From: Bdellovibrionales bacterium | GTDB taxonomy: Bacteria > Bdellovibrionota > Bdellovibrionia > Bdellovibrionales > UBA1609 | Length of the DNA: 60,186 bases | Direction of reading: 5' to 3' | Assembly: GCA_022450595.1 (NCBI GenBank) | Contig: JAKUPT010000010.1 | Span: 1 to 60,186 of the forward strand | In this document: positions 25,985-35,877 of the stretch, piece after piece | Layout of the letters: every line of letters begins with the position of its first letter | How positions within the stretch are numbered: position 1 is the stretch's first letter | The notes under the pieces: model-generated | What the model was told of the DNA's origin: nothing | What the model saw: the letters and a program-made list of their open reading frames with translations, nothing else | The model's database searches: none | Position numbers and translations under genes: made by a program

Positions 25985-28900
25985 TTATTGAAATAACGAA
26001 ATACACTTCCCCGCGGATCTTCCGCTGTCAACACTCATAAGATTAAAAAATGCCCGTGTTTTATTCACATTTTCTATTTTTGGAGATGTTTTTTTGTACT
26101 TTGTCATCATTATCTTTTCAAACTGCTGTTGAGAAATCTCACCGTTTTTCATTAAACGCTCTACGATTTTTTCAACAAACTCCCACTTTTCACTCAGCTC
26201 ATATATCGCGATCTCTGTGGCCTGCTTAAAAAGCTCTTCACTTTTTTTAAGCATTTGTGGACTTAATCTAAAGTTTTGTTGATCATTATTCGATACCATT
26301 GGCAGCTCTGATATAAATTCTGGAAAGATCCCATATTCGGTGATAGCTGATTTAATAATAGATCTTGCCATTTGAACATCTTGCCTCATTCCTGCATCAG
26401 CCTCAAATCCGGCCATTTGCTGTGAAATGCTACCTGCAAGTAGACCTGCCACTCTGTACAGTACACTGTTTTGAGTCACTGAGGGACTTCCCGGCATTGG
26501 GGTGTATCTTGCGTATCCAAGATAGTGCCCTCGTCCAACTATGGTGATAAAAGCCAATTTTTGGTTGGTGTATTTCGGGTTGTTAACCACAGCGTGACCG
26601 GCCTCATGAAAGCTTGTTAATTTAGCTTGATCTTTGGATTGAAGATGAATGACATCGGCAAAGTCAGTCACTTCAACGGAGACTGTATCTATCACTTTGC
26701 CTTTGTTGTTTTTAATATTAGCAACAATTTCTACCTTTCTTTCGTAGTTTGTTACATCTTCAATAAAAGGCTTGTTAGGCATATTGTCTTTAATTTCTAA
26801 ATTTATAGTTGCATCGGTTAACTGGTGGGACATCAACTTAATTCGAGCTTTTACAATGGTCGATGTAAGCTGAGATTCAATCACACTTCTTAAGCTTCTA
26901 GCCCCCTTGTCGTGAGTGAAAAACACACGTCCAAGAGTCTTTTCAAACTCTTTGTCATAATTAATTTTAATTTCTTGTTCTTTTAGTTTTTCGTGAATAG
27001 GTGATAAAAATTTTGGAGCAATGTATTCTGCAACTACCTCGCGCGTCAGTGGCTTCATTAAAATCACATCTAGCATTCGACCTAAAAAGGCTTCTGGAAC
27101 TCCACTTTCAAGAAGCAACTTATGAAGAGTTGACTGCTTTCGGCTATGATCCCAAATAGTCAGTCGTATATCATCGGCAGCCACACCCTTAAATAAATTT
27201 TCACCATCATTACCTGTAAAAATAAATACATGCTTTGAAAGGTCATACACTTTACCTGTAGCTGTAGATTCCCAACGCCTTTCGTCTGTGATTTCATACA
27301 TCTCTTTAAACAGTTCATCTTTTAAGGCTTTATTATTTCCACCCATATTAGAGGCTTCATCAAATAAAAGCACACCGCCTTCTGGGTTTGAAATTAAATA
27401 CCTTTCAAATTGCCCAGCCTTATCACCACTGACATAACCTGGAGGCGGGTTAAATACTTTATTAAAGTCCCCTTCAAACCTAATGGTTCCTAAGTTAATA
27501 AATCCTGTTCTATTGCTTGAACCATAAAGGGTTTCTGCTAAGGCTTTGGCAGTTTCTGACTTCCCTGTTCCTGTAGACCCAATAAGAAATAAGCTCATAG
27601 CTCTTTGGCGTTCTTGAGAATCTCCAATATGAGAGATAACCGCTTCACTGATTTTTTGGATCATTTCATTTTGTCCAAAAATTTTATTACTCATATTTTT
27701 ATGAAGATTTTCAATAATATTTAATATGCTCTTGTCTTGAAGTGGGTCTGTCACAGGCTTTGCTGGAGCATCTATTTTAGTCAATTCTGTATCATTGTTT
27801 GAAACCACAAATTTTTGATCTTGATAGCTGATATCTACTTTAATGTCTTCGCCCCTGTCTACTACATGCTCTGCAATAGATAATTTTATGTCAGTTAAGA
27901 TTCTTTCCATTGAGCGAATAATAGGCCTGGCCCCATATTCACTGTTGTAATTATGGTTCACTAAAATTTCTATGACCTCTTTGTCGATTCTTAATTCAAT
28001 GCCCGTGTCATATTTAAATCGACTAACGATCTCATTGAGATAATTCACAGCAATGTGCTCTGCAGAGGTTTTATTTAATGGAGCTGCAACTGTAAAAATG
28101 TCTATACGGTTTTTAATTTCTGGTGGAAGCTTTCCTTGATCCCCATAGTTACCGCTACTCTTGTGGTCTACCATCTCTTTTAAGCTGTCAGAGGTCATTT
28201 TTCCTAAAAAGTTGCGCATTTCAGACTCAGTCCAAGATTCCCAAGACTTTGGAAAGATCATGTCCACACTTCTGTTTGAAGTCATAATAAAAAGAAGATT
28301 TTTAACGTGACGGACCTTACCATCACCACCAGTTATTATACCTCTGTCTTGTAGCTCCATAATCCTTTGTAAGTGATCTGGATGCATCTTCTCAATTTCG
28401 TTAATAAGAACGATACCGCCCTTTCCTCCACGGCCAGGGTCGTCTATCCACTCTATAAACTGTCCAGACGTCTTTTGAGAAGATTCAATACCATTTGGGG
28501 CACCAAACAAGCTGTTGCCTTCAAATCCACCTTTAGAGAGTTCATTGCCGTTGATTTCAAAAAAGGCCCCTCGATTGTTTAACACAATCTCGCTCAAACT
28601 TTGCCCCAGGTAGGTTTTACCAGTTCCCGTAGTTCCTACTATATAAACCGAGGCCACGTTTTTATTTCTTGATTGAAGAAGTCCCGAGTAGGCGTTAAGA
28701 ACGTCTTTATTCATTCTCTCTTGGCCCACAACTTTTTCATTTAGCTTTGCTTCCACCTGATTAAAGAACTTAAAAAACTCAGAAAAGTTATTTGGGTCAA
28801 CAGGAAGACTGTAATACTCTCGTACAATTTCAGAGAGCTCATTTTTACCAATTTCTTTAATGGCTTCATCAGAGGTGGTCGAGTTTCTAATGGCAATGGA

Positions 28901-30148
28901 TTCAAGGATTTTAATGCTTCCATCTACTTTACCGTTGTTTGGAAGAAGTTTTAATGAGTCCTCAATCACTCGATCTATGATCTCTTCTTGAAACCTCACC
29001 CCATGGCGCCTTTCAACCTTAGTGATCCAGGTGTCGTAAAGTATCTGTTTCACTCTGTCATTTGGAAGCTCTTCAACACCAACTTGTTTGACTCGTCTTA
29101 AAAAAGCCTTATTGTCCTTAAAAGCCAAATTGAACTCTTCAGAGGTCGAAGCAAATATAAACTTTAAATTGCCTTGTGATTCTAGATAGCGTTTTAATGC
29201 TTCAACTTGGGCTTTTTCTAAAGTGTGAACTTCATCAATAAAAATAGCGATGGGTTGCTTAAGCTCTTTTTGAGCCGCTGAAACGGCCTCGACATACATT
29301 TCAATAGCTGCAGCCTGCGAGGCACTGTCGTTGGATTTTGCTAGAGTTGAAATCTTTGCCGGTGTGGTTTCAATGACTGTTAAGTCTTTTAAACTTTCAA
29401 AAGATCGGTTTTTAGGAAGCTGGTTATTAAATGAGATCTCATCAATTGCAACAGCAATGGAAGTTTTACCTACACCTGCTGGCCCTACAAGCACAGGGTT
29501 ACGACCTTTAATTCTTGCTAACACCTCAAGTGTTTGCATCACCTCTTTGTCACGACCTACAGTGGGAATGTATTCGTTGGCGGCCTTTTTCTCTAAAGCC
29601 TCATCACGCAAAAAGCCAACGGTACCCTCTAAGATAACTTCACCAAATTTTAAAGAGGCTATTTTGTCTTTTATAGAGGCATCTTCTGAAACCAATGAAG
29701 ACATACTTGTAAGCTCATATTGAGGTGAGTTTTGTAACCGGCTTTTTAAGTTATCAACTGCCGTATGAATAAACTGAACACCTTTTTGATCAGCAAGCTT
29801 TCCTTCAGAATTGGCAGCTTCAAATCTTTCAATCAGATCGGAGATTTTTCCTGAAGTTTCAGCATTGATAAAATGATTTAATGAATCAAAGGCTGCAGAA
29901 AGAATAAAACTATTAAGTTTTTTATTATTATTAACACTTTTAAGTTGTGTTTCGACGATTGTGACAACTTTGTCATAAACTTCAAAATACTTATAACTTT
30001 CAAGTGTTTTAAGTGTTTCACTAACAACTACGGCATCGGTATTTCCTAAGTTGGAAATAACATCTCTAACTTCATAAAGTTTTTCCTGTGAAGCCTGTAA
30101 TTGAAAACAAAAGATCGTTGCTATAATAAAGCAAGACAATATACGCAT
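25985..30148 (-). CDS. Signal-peptide-bearing triple AAA+ (ClpA/B-like) ATPase fused to an FtsH-type M41 zinc protease
   Basis: Walker A motifs GPAGVGKT, GTTGTGKT and GSTGTGKS; Walker B motifs IFIDE, VLINE and LLFDE; sensor-2 GARP/GARS; HEAGH. Start ATG 30148 (RBS GGGGTG) gives MRILSCFIIATIFCFQLQA. Confidence 0.85.
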   Translation of the reverse strand: MRILSCFIIATIFCFQLQASQEKLYEVRDVISNLGNTDAVVVSETLKTLESYKYFEVYDKVVTIVETQLKSVNNNKKLNSFILSAAFDSLNHFINAETSGKISDLIERFEAANSEGKLADQKGVQFIHTAVDNLKSRLQNSPQYELTSMSSLVSEDASIKDKIASLKFGEVILEGTVGFLRDEALEKKAANEYIPTVGRDKEVMQTLEVLARIKGRNPVLVGPAGVGKTSIAVAIDEISFNNQLPKNRSFESLKDLTVIETTPAKISTLAKSNDSASQAAAIEMYVEAVSAAQKELKQPIAIFIDEVHTLEKAQVEALKRYLESQGNLKFIFASTSEEFNLAFKDNKAFLRRVKQVGVEELPNDRVKQILYDTWITKVERRHGVRFQEEIIDRVIEDSLKLLPNNGKVDGSIKILESIAIRNSTTSDEAIKEIGKNELSEIVREYYSLPVDPNNFSEFFKFFNQVEAKLNEKVVGQERMNKDVLNAYSGLLQSRNKNVASVYIVGTTGTGKTYLGQSLSEIVLNNRGAFFEINGNELSKGGFEGNSLFGAPNGIESSQKTSGQFIEWIDDPGRGGKGGIVLINEIEKMHPDHLQRIMELQDRGIITGGDGKVRHVKNLLFIMTSNRSVDMIFPKSWESWTESEMRNFLGKMTSDSLKEMVDHKSSGNYGDQGKLPPEIKNRIDIFTVAAPLNKTSAEHIAVNYLNEIVSRFKYDTGIELRIDKEVIEILVNHNYNSEYGARPIIRSMERILTDIKLSIAEHVVDRGEDIKVDISYQDQKFVVSNNDTELTKIDAPAKPVTDPLQDKSILNIIENLHKNMSNKIFGQNEMIQKISEAVISHIGDSQERQRAMSLFLIGSTGTGKSETAKALAETLYGSSNRTGFINLGTIRFEGDFNKVFNPPPGYVSGDKAGQFERYLISNPEGGVLLFDEASNMGGNNKALKDELFKEMYEITDERRWESTATGKVYDLSKHVFIFTGNDGENLFKGVAADDIRLTIWDHSRKQSTLHKLLLESGVPEAFLGRMLDVILMKPLTREVVAEYIAPKFLSPIHEKLKEQEIKINYDKEFEKTLGRVFFTHDKGARSLRSVIESQLTSTIVKARIKLMSHQLTDATINLEIKDNMPNKPFIEDVTNYERKVEIVANIKNNKGKVIDTVSVEVTDFADVIHLQSKDQAKLTSFHEAGHAVVNNPKYTNQKLAFITIVGRGHYLGYARYTPMPGSPSVTQNSVLYRVAGLLAGSISQQMAGFEADAGMRQDVQMARSIIKSAITEYGIFPEFISELPMVSNNDQQNFRLSPQMLKKSEELFKQATEIAIYELSEKWEFVEKIVERLMKNGEISQQQFEKIMMTKYKKTSPKIENVNKTRAFFNLMSVDSGRSAGKCISLFQ

Positions 30149-30489
30149 AATCACCCCAATAATTATTTTTATATCCCTCAACATCTTGGTATTGAAATCT
30201 ATGCATATATAAGTCAAGTGCTAGAAATTTAGTAATAATGAAATTCTTATATTTGAATGTAATTATGTAAGTAGAAGCTTAGGTAAAATTTAATCATAAC
30301 AAGCCGTTCTCGACACTAAATCTATCAATCAGAGTACTTATTAAGCAATCTTGATAACTTTTTACAAAATTGTATAAAAAGCATTTTTATCATCTATTAA
30401 AAGTGAACTTAAAGAAGAATCAGCTAATAGAAGTATATAAATATTATAGGGATAAGTTGGATTGTAAAATTGACTAGATGTAGGAATGT

Positions 30490-31365
30490 TTACTTCTTAT
30501 TTGTTTTAAGAAACTCTGGCACCTTTAAAGGAATAAAGTCTTTAATTAGTTTTCGGATTGAATTAATTAAATTAAATCTTCTATACCAAACAAGTTTACT
30601 CAATTGCTGATCTGCGGTTTTATAACCTTCATCAATAAGTTTTTTCTTATTGGCTGAGTTATCAAACAGGCTATATTTACTTAAATCTAAAGAGATCTTG
30701 ATGTCGGCCAATCTCACTTGTTCCTTTGTTCTGGAGTCAATGGCAATATCTATGGCATTTCCAACAACAGTAAATATATCCATGGGTTTTTGGTATTCAT
30801 TAACTCCATTTAAATCTACAGCCACAGTAATTCCAGCTCCCATATTTTTTACGGCTGCTACGGGTACATTTTGAGTGATGCCCCCGTCAACAAGCAGTCT
30901 CCCCTCATGCTCAACAGGTGTAAATACTCCAGGCACAGCAACGGAGGCACAGACAGCCGGTATGAGCTTTCCTTTTTTAAAAATAACAGACTCCCCTGAT
31001 GTGATGTCTGTAGTGCAAATAGCTAGAGGGATTTTTGCATCTTCAATATTTACATCTCCAATATCATTTAAAAGCATTTGTTTTATAGAGTCTGTGCTTA
31101 CAAATCCTCTTTTGTCTAAATTAAGCTTAAAAACACTTTTAGCTTTTAAACGCTCACCAAGCTGATCTATCTCATCTAAATTTTTCCCAAAGGCATAGTA
31201 GCTGGCTACAATAGCTCCGACACTGGTGCCTGATATGTAAGAAATGTTTATATTTTTGTCGTCAAAAGCTCTTAGCACACCTATATGCGCAAGACCTTTA
31301 GCAGCTCCCCCGCCGAGGGCAAGACCGATTTTTTTATTAAACGGATTAAAAGATAGTTTTTCCAT
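30490..31365 (-). CDS. Patatin-like phospholipase (RssA/NTE family)
   Basis: GGGAAKG, GTSVG and DGG motifs. Confidence 0.92.
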   Translation of the reverse strand: MEKLSFNPFNKKIGLALGGGAAKGLAHIGVLRAFDDKNINISYISGTSVGAIVASYYAFGKNLDEIDQLGERLKAKSVFKLNLDKRGFVSTDSIKQMLLNDIGDVNIEDAKIPLAICTTDITSGESVIFKKGKLIPAVCASVAVPGVFTPVEHEGRLLVDGGITQNVPVAAVKNMGAGITVAVDLNGVNEYQKPMDIFTVVGNAIDIAIDSRTKEQVRLADIKISLDLSKYSLFDNSANKKKLIDEGYKTADQQLSKLVWYRRFNLINSIRKLIKDFIPLKVPEFLKTNKK

Positions 31366-31556
31366 AGCCTCAGTATACAGAAATTAAAGATACATTTCTT
31401 GATATTGTTTTTTTATCAAAAATATTACAAGGGCAGGTTCTTTAGATATTTTGCTATTACTAATCTAAAAAACCTTTAAACTTTAAACAATATATGAATT
31501 TCATATTTTAAAGAGGCATAAATATTATGTTACATTATAAAGAATCAATGATTTAA

Positions 31557-31979
31557 TCAGAAAGGTTTAAAAACAGCTAATAAAATAATAATTATTAAAA
31601 GCGGAGTGGGCCACTCATTGCGAATGCGGCACTGCTTAGAGTTCAAATAGACATTATCCTCTTTAAACTTCAGTCTCACACGGTTGATGTAAGCAGTATA
31701 AACAATCAAAGCGACTATTAAAACAAGCTTTACATGCATCCACCCGGACCACAGCCAATGATCTTGAATATAAAGAAGAATACTGCCGTTAATAACAGTG
31801 AAGTACATAGAAGGCATTGTGATGTATTTATATAGCCTCATTTCCATGACTTTTAACAGGTCGGTAATGTCTTTATTGTCTTTGTTTTCAGCATGGTATA
31901 CGAACAGGCGAAACATATAAAAAAGCCCGGCAAACCAGGTCACCATTCCTATCAGATGAAAGGCTTTAAACCACAACAC
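31557..31979 (-). CDS. hemJ: Protoporphyrinogen IX oxidase HemJ
   Basis: WFKAFH..WFAGLFY..RLFVYH, WMHVKL, NEWP and the KPF C-terminus. Confidence 0.9.
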   Translation of the reverse strand: MLWFKAFHLIGMVTWFAGLFYMFRLFVYHAENKDNKDITDLLKVMEMRLYKYITMPSMYFTVINGSILLYIQDHWLWSGWMHVKLVLIVALIVYTAYINRVRLKFKEDNVYLNSKQCRIRNEWPTPLLIIIILLAVFKPF

Positions 31980-31980
31980 A

Positions 31981-33519
31981 TCAATCTCCAGAACAATTCA
32001 TAACAATGGGCAAGTGATCGCTCATCACTTCTGTGAGTGAGCTGTAATTGCCTGATTGAAAGTTTAAAATAAACTTTTCATAATAATCAGTTAGCTCTTT
32101 ATCCAGGTACTCTCTGTCAAACAACTCGTTATTGTCTTCATCTTTTCGTTCAATAAAGTCTTTAAGAGTCATCCCAAAAAACGTGACAGAGTCAGGTTTG
32201 CTATCTAAAAAGTAATCTTTAAGCTCACCTTTTGAAGAAATCGCATTCATTTTTCCATGAAAGTCTTTAAGGTACTCTAAGTAGTCCTCACTGGATTCAT
32301 CTTCTTCTGGATCAATAAAATTATAGGCGTGGGCACTTTCAGCGTCACAAAAGTCTATGCGGTCCGTATCAAAGATAAAATGATCATAGCTGCTGGCAAG
32401 ACCACTGTCTCCGTAGGTTGTAGGGGTATCGACAAAAATATTATAATCGCCTAAGCCCCAATGACTTCTAAACAACAATCTCCAGTAGTAGGCGTAATCG
32501 TCACCAGATTCATACTGAGTGGGCAAGTTAAAATCACCCAGCCACATAATGTTTTTATGTTGATCGTCTAAGCTTCTTTGACGTATGTACTCTGCAATAC
32601 GGCCTGCCACAATAGACATTTCAAAGTAGCGAGAAGTTTCAAATTTTGAATTCAGCATATCTTCAATTTGTATAAGGTCTTCTTCATCTTCAAAGTCTTC
32701 GAATTGTTTTTTAAAGTAATAACGTCTCAGATCCGTTAAAAAGATACTTCTATAAGCCCCAAATCGAGTGTGCATAGCGACCACAGTCATATTGTTGTTG
32801 CCCACTTTAAATTCTGACGCAAACACTCCACGTGCTACATACTCCACAAACCGGTTGTGTAAGTTGTCGTTTTTAGTTTCAAGATTTACATAACAAGACT
32901 TGCCTTCATACTCGCACAAAGGAGTTTCAATATTTTTGACCTTACTGGCTCGATAGTAGATACCAATGGTCTCTCTGTTGGTGTAGTTGCCCGTTGGGTG
33001 TGAACCAATGGTTAAAGACCAGCTAGGATCCAACTTTTGAAGCTCTTCTAGTAGAATTAAATAAGCTGGCAACACAAAAACATCAGCGTATTTTTTGATT
33101 TCTTCAGGGTTTTCAGAGTTCTTTAAAATGGTCATCAGCCTTCTATTTAACTTTTGTGTGGGGCTGCTTTGACCAGGGCTCATAATTTCAAGCACTGAAA
33201 CTATATCCCACTGATTAAACATCTTGGCCATTAGGGTGAGGTTTTTATAGGGCCTAGCTCCTAGTTTTAAACTATTAAGGCTTGCCACTTTTACCTCGGC
33301 GTCTGAGGCATAAGATGACTCCTGACTTTCATAGGTGATCCCTGAATTCTCCTCAAAACTTGTGGGACAATCCCAATCTTTTGAGGTTTGAATTTGATAG
33401 ATCTCACAAACTATGTAGGCTTCATAAAGCCAATAGTCATCTTTGTAGTCATCGTAATTTTTAATAAATTCTGAGGCTTGAAGAAATTGAAATAAGAAGA
33501 CAAAAATAAATAGACCCAT
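31981..33519 (-). CDS. Secreted endonuclease/exonuclease/phosphatase (DNase I-like) family protein
   Basis: Signal peptide; DIVSVLEI, MHTRFG, LGDFN, YDHF and SDHLPI motifs. ATG 33519 follows GGGAG. Confidence 0.8.
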   Translation of the reverse strand: MGLFIFVFLFQFLQASEFIKNYDDYKDDYWLYEAYIVCEIYQIQTSKDWDCPTSFEENSGITYESQESSYASDAEVKVASLNSLKLGARPYKNLTLMAKMFNQWDIVSVLEIMSPGQSSPTQKLNRRLMTILKNSENPEEIKKYADVFVLPAYLILLEELQKLDPSWSLTIGSHPTGNYTNRETIGIYYRASKVKNIETPLCEYEGKSCYVNLETKNDNLHNRFVEYVARGVFASEFKVGNNNMTVVAMHTRFGAYRSIFLTDLRRYYFKKQFEDFEDEEDLIQIEDMLNSKFETSRYFEMSIVAGRIAEYIRQRSLDDQHKNIMWLGDFNLPTQYESGDDYAYYWRLLFRSHWGLGDYNIFVDTPTTYGDSGLASSYDHFIFDTDRIDFCDAESAHAYNFIDPEEDESSEDYLEYLKDFHGKMNAISSKGELKDYFLDSKPDSVTFFGMTLKDFIERKDEDNNELFDREYLDKELTDYYEKFILNFQSGNYSSLTEVMSDHLPIVMNCSGD

Positions 33520-33572
33520 ACCCACTCCCAATAAAAATATCTATTGGGAGCTTCTGGGAGTCAAATTTAAAA

Positions 33573-33803
33573 TTATTTTTGTAAACTGTCTAAATCACGT
33601 GTAAAGCTTGATTTTTTATCCGCCACGCGTTTGTACTGTTTATTGGCTTTTACAGCATCACTGTCATGTATCATTTGAGTGACTTCATTTTTAAGCTGCT
33701 TTTCTTTTTTAACTGAATCTTCAATCATATTATGGAAGTCAATTTTACCAGCAGCAAAAGCCTGTGATCCTATAAGAGTTATTACTACAATTAGTGTTTT
33801 CAT
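33573..33803 (-). CDS. Small secreted protein
   Basis: Start reassigned to MKTLIVVITLIGSQAFA (RBS AGGGG), a clear signal peptide. Confidence 0.75.
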   Translation of the reverse strand: MKTLIVVITLIGSQAFAAGKIDFHNMIEDSVKKEKQLKNEVTQMIHDSDAVKANKQYKRVADKKSSFTRDLDSLQK

Positions 33804-33831
33804 ATCTATTCCCCTTTTTACCCTTATATAG

Positions 33832-33848
33832 AGCAAGGCTGATGCCAA
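33832..33848 (-). promoter_or_regulatory. sigma54 promoter
   Basis: TTGGCATCAGCCTTGCT, a near-consensus -24/-12 site. Confidence 0.7.
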
Positions 33849-34010
33849 CTCTATAGGCTCTATAGGGCCTGTAAAGGGGCTTAAGCTCCAAACACATTAA
33901 ACAGTTCCATGACATTTTAACGCCCGCATAGCTTGTTTTACATCTGTCAATTTTTTATACAATCGAATAGGCGTTGATTTTTAGCCCTATGTCGTTTACC
34001 TCTTAGCGTC

Positions 34011-34595
34011 ATGATTACAGCAAAAAAACACCTATTTATTAAACTAAGAGAAGTCCCTGAGGCTGGAAAGTCCTATAGTTTTTCTCAGGATGATACAGTT
34101 CTAGCGGATGAGCTCAAAGATATACTAAAAAACAACCCCTTCCAGGCAGATTTCACTATTCAGCCAATGGGAGATGAGGCCTATCATATCTCAGGCTCAA
34201 TTAAAGCCAAAATGAACCTCACCTGTGCCCTATGTGCCATTGAGTTTCCGTTTGAGGTGTATGAAAAAATCAATGAAATCTTATATATAGATAAAAAACA
34301 CCACTCTAGGAAAGAAAAGCAAGGTCGCGCCAACCATATCTCAGACTACAAAGAGGGCGGAGCTTTTTGCACAGAGCTTCACAAAGATGAGCTCAATGTG
34401 GCAGAGTTTTTACATGAACTGATTGCTGTGGCTGAACCTCCCTACCCTATGGGAAAGCCTGATTGTGAAACTTCTTGTGAAAATTATCAAAAAGCTGTGG
34501 AAAAAGGGCTTTTTAAGCCTCACGACCAAATAGATGAAGACTCAGCAGAGAAATCTCCCTTTGCGGTGCTCAAAGATTTGAAATTAAACAGTTGA
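34011..34595 (+). CDS. yceD: YceD/DUF177 family protein
   Basis: CALC motif and C-terminal SPFAVLKDLK; located directly upstream of rpmF. Confidence 0.85.
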   Translation: MITAKKHLFIKLREVPEAGKSYSFSQDDTVLADELKDILKNNPFQADFTIQPMGDEAYHISGSIKAKMNLTCALCAIEFPFEVYEKINEILYIDKKHHSRKEKQGRANHISDYKEGGAFCTELHKDELNVAEFLHELIAVAEPPYPMGKPDCETSCENYQKAVEKGLFKPHDQIDEDSAEKSPFAVLKDLKLNS

Positions 34596-34659
34596 TTTTA
34601 GCCAATTTTTAGATATTAATGTGGACTTTATTAAAATTTAATTAAAAAGGATAAGAACT

Positions 34660-34839
34660 ATGGCCAGTCCAAAGAGTAAAATTTCCCGTTCAAAAAGAGG
34701 CATGAGAAGAGCTCATACGGCCTTAAAGCGTACAACTACAATTCAGTGCGACAACTGTGGAGCTGTTGCCCAGCCTCATAAAGTTTGCGTATCATGTGGT
34801 TACTACAAGGGCAAAGAAGTCCTCGTAGCACGCGATTAA
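34660..34839 (+). CDS. rpmF: 50S ribosomal protein L32 (Zn-ribbon type)
   Basis: Not in the ORF track (59 aa). [19 protein letters not shown]...CDNC...[12 protein letters not shown]. Confidence 0.96.
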   Translation: MASPKSKISRSKRGMRRAHTALKRTTTIQCDNCGAVAQPHKVCVSCGYYKGKEVLVARD

Positions 34840-34871
34840 GTTTAGATAAAAACCCAACTGGAGGGGATTAT

Positions 34872-35876
34872 ATGGCAAACTTGGCCCAGCTTTATAAAAC
34901 ACGCATCAAGGGTACAGGGTCTTATCTGCCGGATAAGCTTTTAACAAACAAAGATTTAGAAAAAATGATGGATACCAGTGACGAATGGATCACCGAGCGC
35001 ACTGGTATTAAAGCCCGTCATATCGCAGCCGACGATCAAGCCACAAGTGATCTTGGTGTCATTGCTGCTCAAAGAGCCCTAGAGAACGCCAATGTCGATG
35101 TCAGTGAAATCGACATGATCTTATTTGCCACTGTCACACCTGACTACTTGATGCCTAACACAGCTTGTATGCTTCAGCAAAAACTAGGAGCTCCAAACTG
35201 TGTGGCCATGGACTTATCTGCTGCTTGTTCAGGTCTTATTTACGCCTTATCTATTGCAGACCAATTTATTAAAACCGGTAACAAAAAAAATATTTTAGTG
35301 GTTGGAGCTGAAGTTTTAACCCGCTTTATTGATTATGAAGATCGTACCACTTGCATCTTGTTTGGTGACGGAGCTTCTGCGGTTGTTGTAGGTCCTAGCG
35401 AAGAAGGGCAAGACTCAGACATCTACTCTCACCACTTATACGCTGAAGGGCAACTTGGGGACTTACTAATTCTTCATGGTGGCGGCTCAAAACATCCTCC
35501 AAGACAGCACACTGTTGATCAAAAACTTCACTATGTTGATATGAACGGACGCGATATTTTTAAAAACGCCGTTCGCACTATGGGCAGATGTGCTATTGAG
35601 GCCATTGAACACAACAAAATGACTCCAGATCAAATTGACTGGATGGTTCCCCATCAGGCCAACATTAGAATTATTGAGGCCACAGCAAAGCAGGCTAAAT
35701 TTCCTATGGAAAAAGTGATTGTAGAAATTGAAGATGTTGGCAACACATCTGCGGCCACAGTGGGCATTGCCTTAGATCGCGCCATTCAAAAAGGTAAAAT
35801 TCAACGAGGACAAAACGTATTACTTGCCGCCTTTGGTGGAGGACTCACCAGCGGAAGCTTATTAATGAGGTATTAA
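34872..35876 (+). CDS. fabH: 3-oxoacyl-ACP synthase III
   Basis: DTSDEWITERTGI, AACSG, HQANIRI and GNTSAA motifs. True start is ATG 34872 after GGAGGGG. Confidence 0.96.
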   Translation: MANLAQLYKTRIKGTGSYLPDKLLTNKDLEKMMDTSDEWITERTGIKARHIAADDQATSDLGVIAAQRALENANVDVSEIDMILFATVTPDYLMPNTACMLQQKLGAPNCVAMDLSAACSGLIYALSIADQFIKTGNKKNILVVGAEVLTRFIDYEDRTTCILFGDGASAVVVGPSEEGQDSDIYSHHLYAEGQLGDLLILHGGGSKHPPRQHTVDQKLHYVDMNGRDIFKNAVRTMGRCAIEAIEHNKMTPDQIDWMVPHQANIRIIEATAKQAKFPMEKVIVEIEDVGNTSAATVGIALDRAIQKGKIQRGQNVLLAAFGGGLTSGSLLMRY

Positions 35877-35877
35877 T

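Noticed and set aside
16907-30148. Prophage or ICE downstream of the recombinase
   Set aside because: No phage, conjugation or replication genes, no tRNA target and no flanking att repeats were recognised.
31508-31535. dif-like site (TTATGTTACAT)
   Set aside because: Only the XerD-like arm matches; the CATAA partner is 3 bp away rather than 6.
34785-34871. N-terminal extension of FabH in the ORF track
   Set aside because: It overlaps rpmF, and a strong SD precedes ATG 34872.
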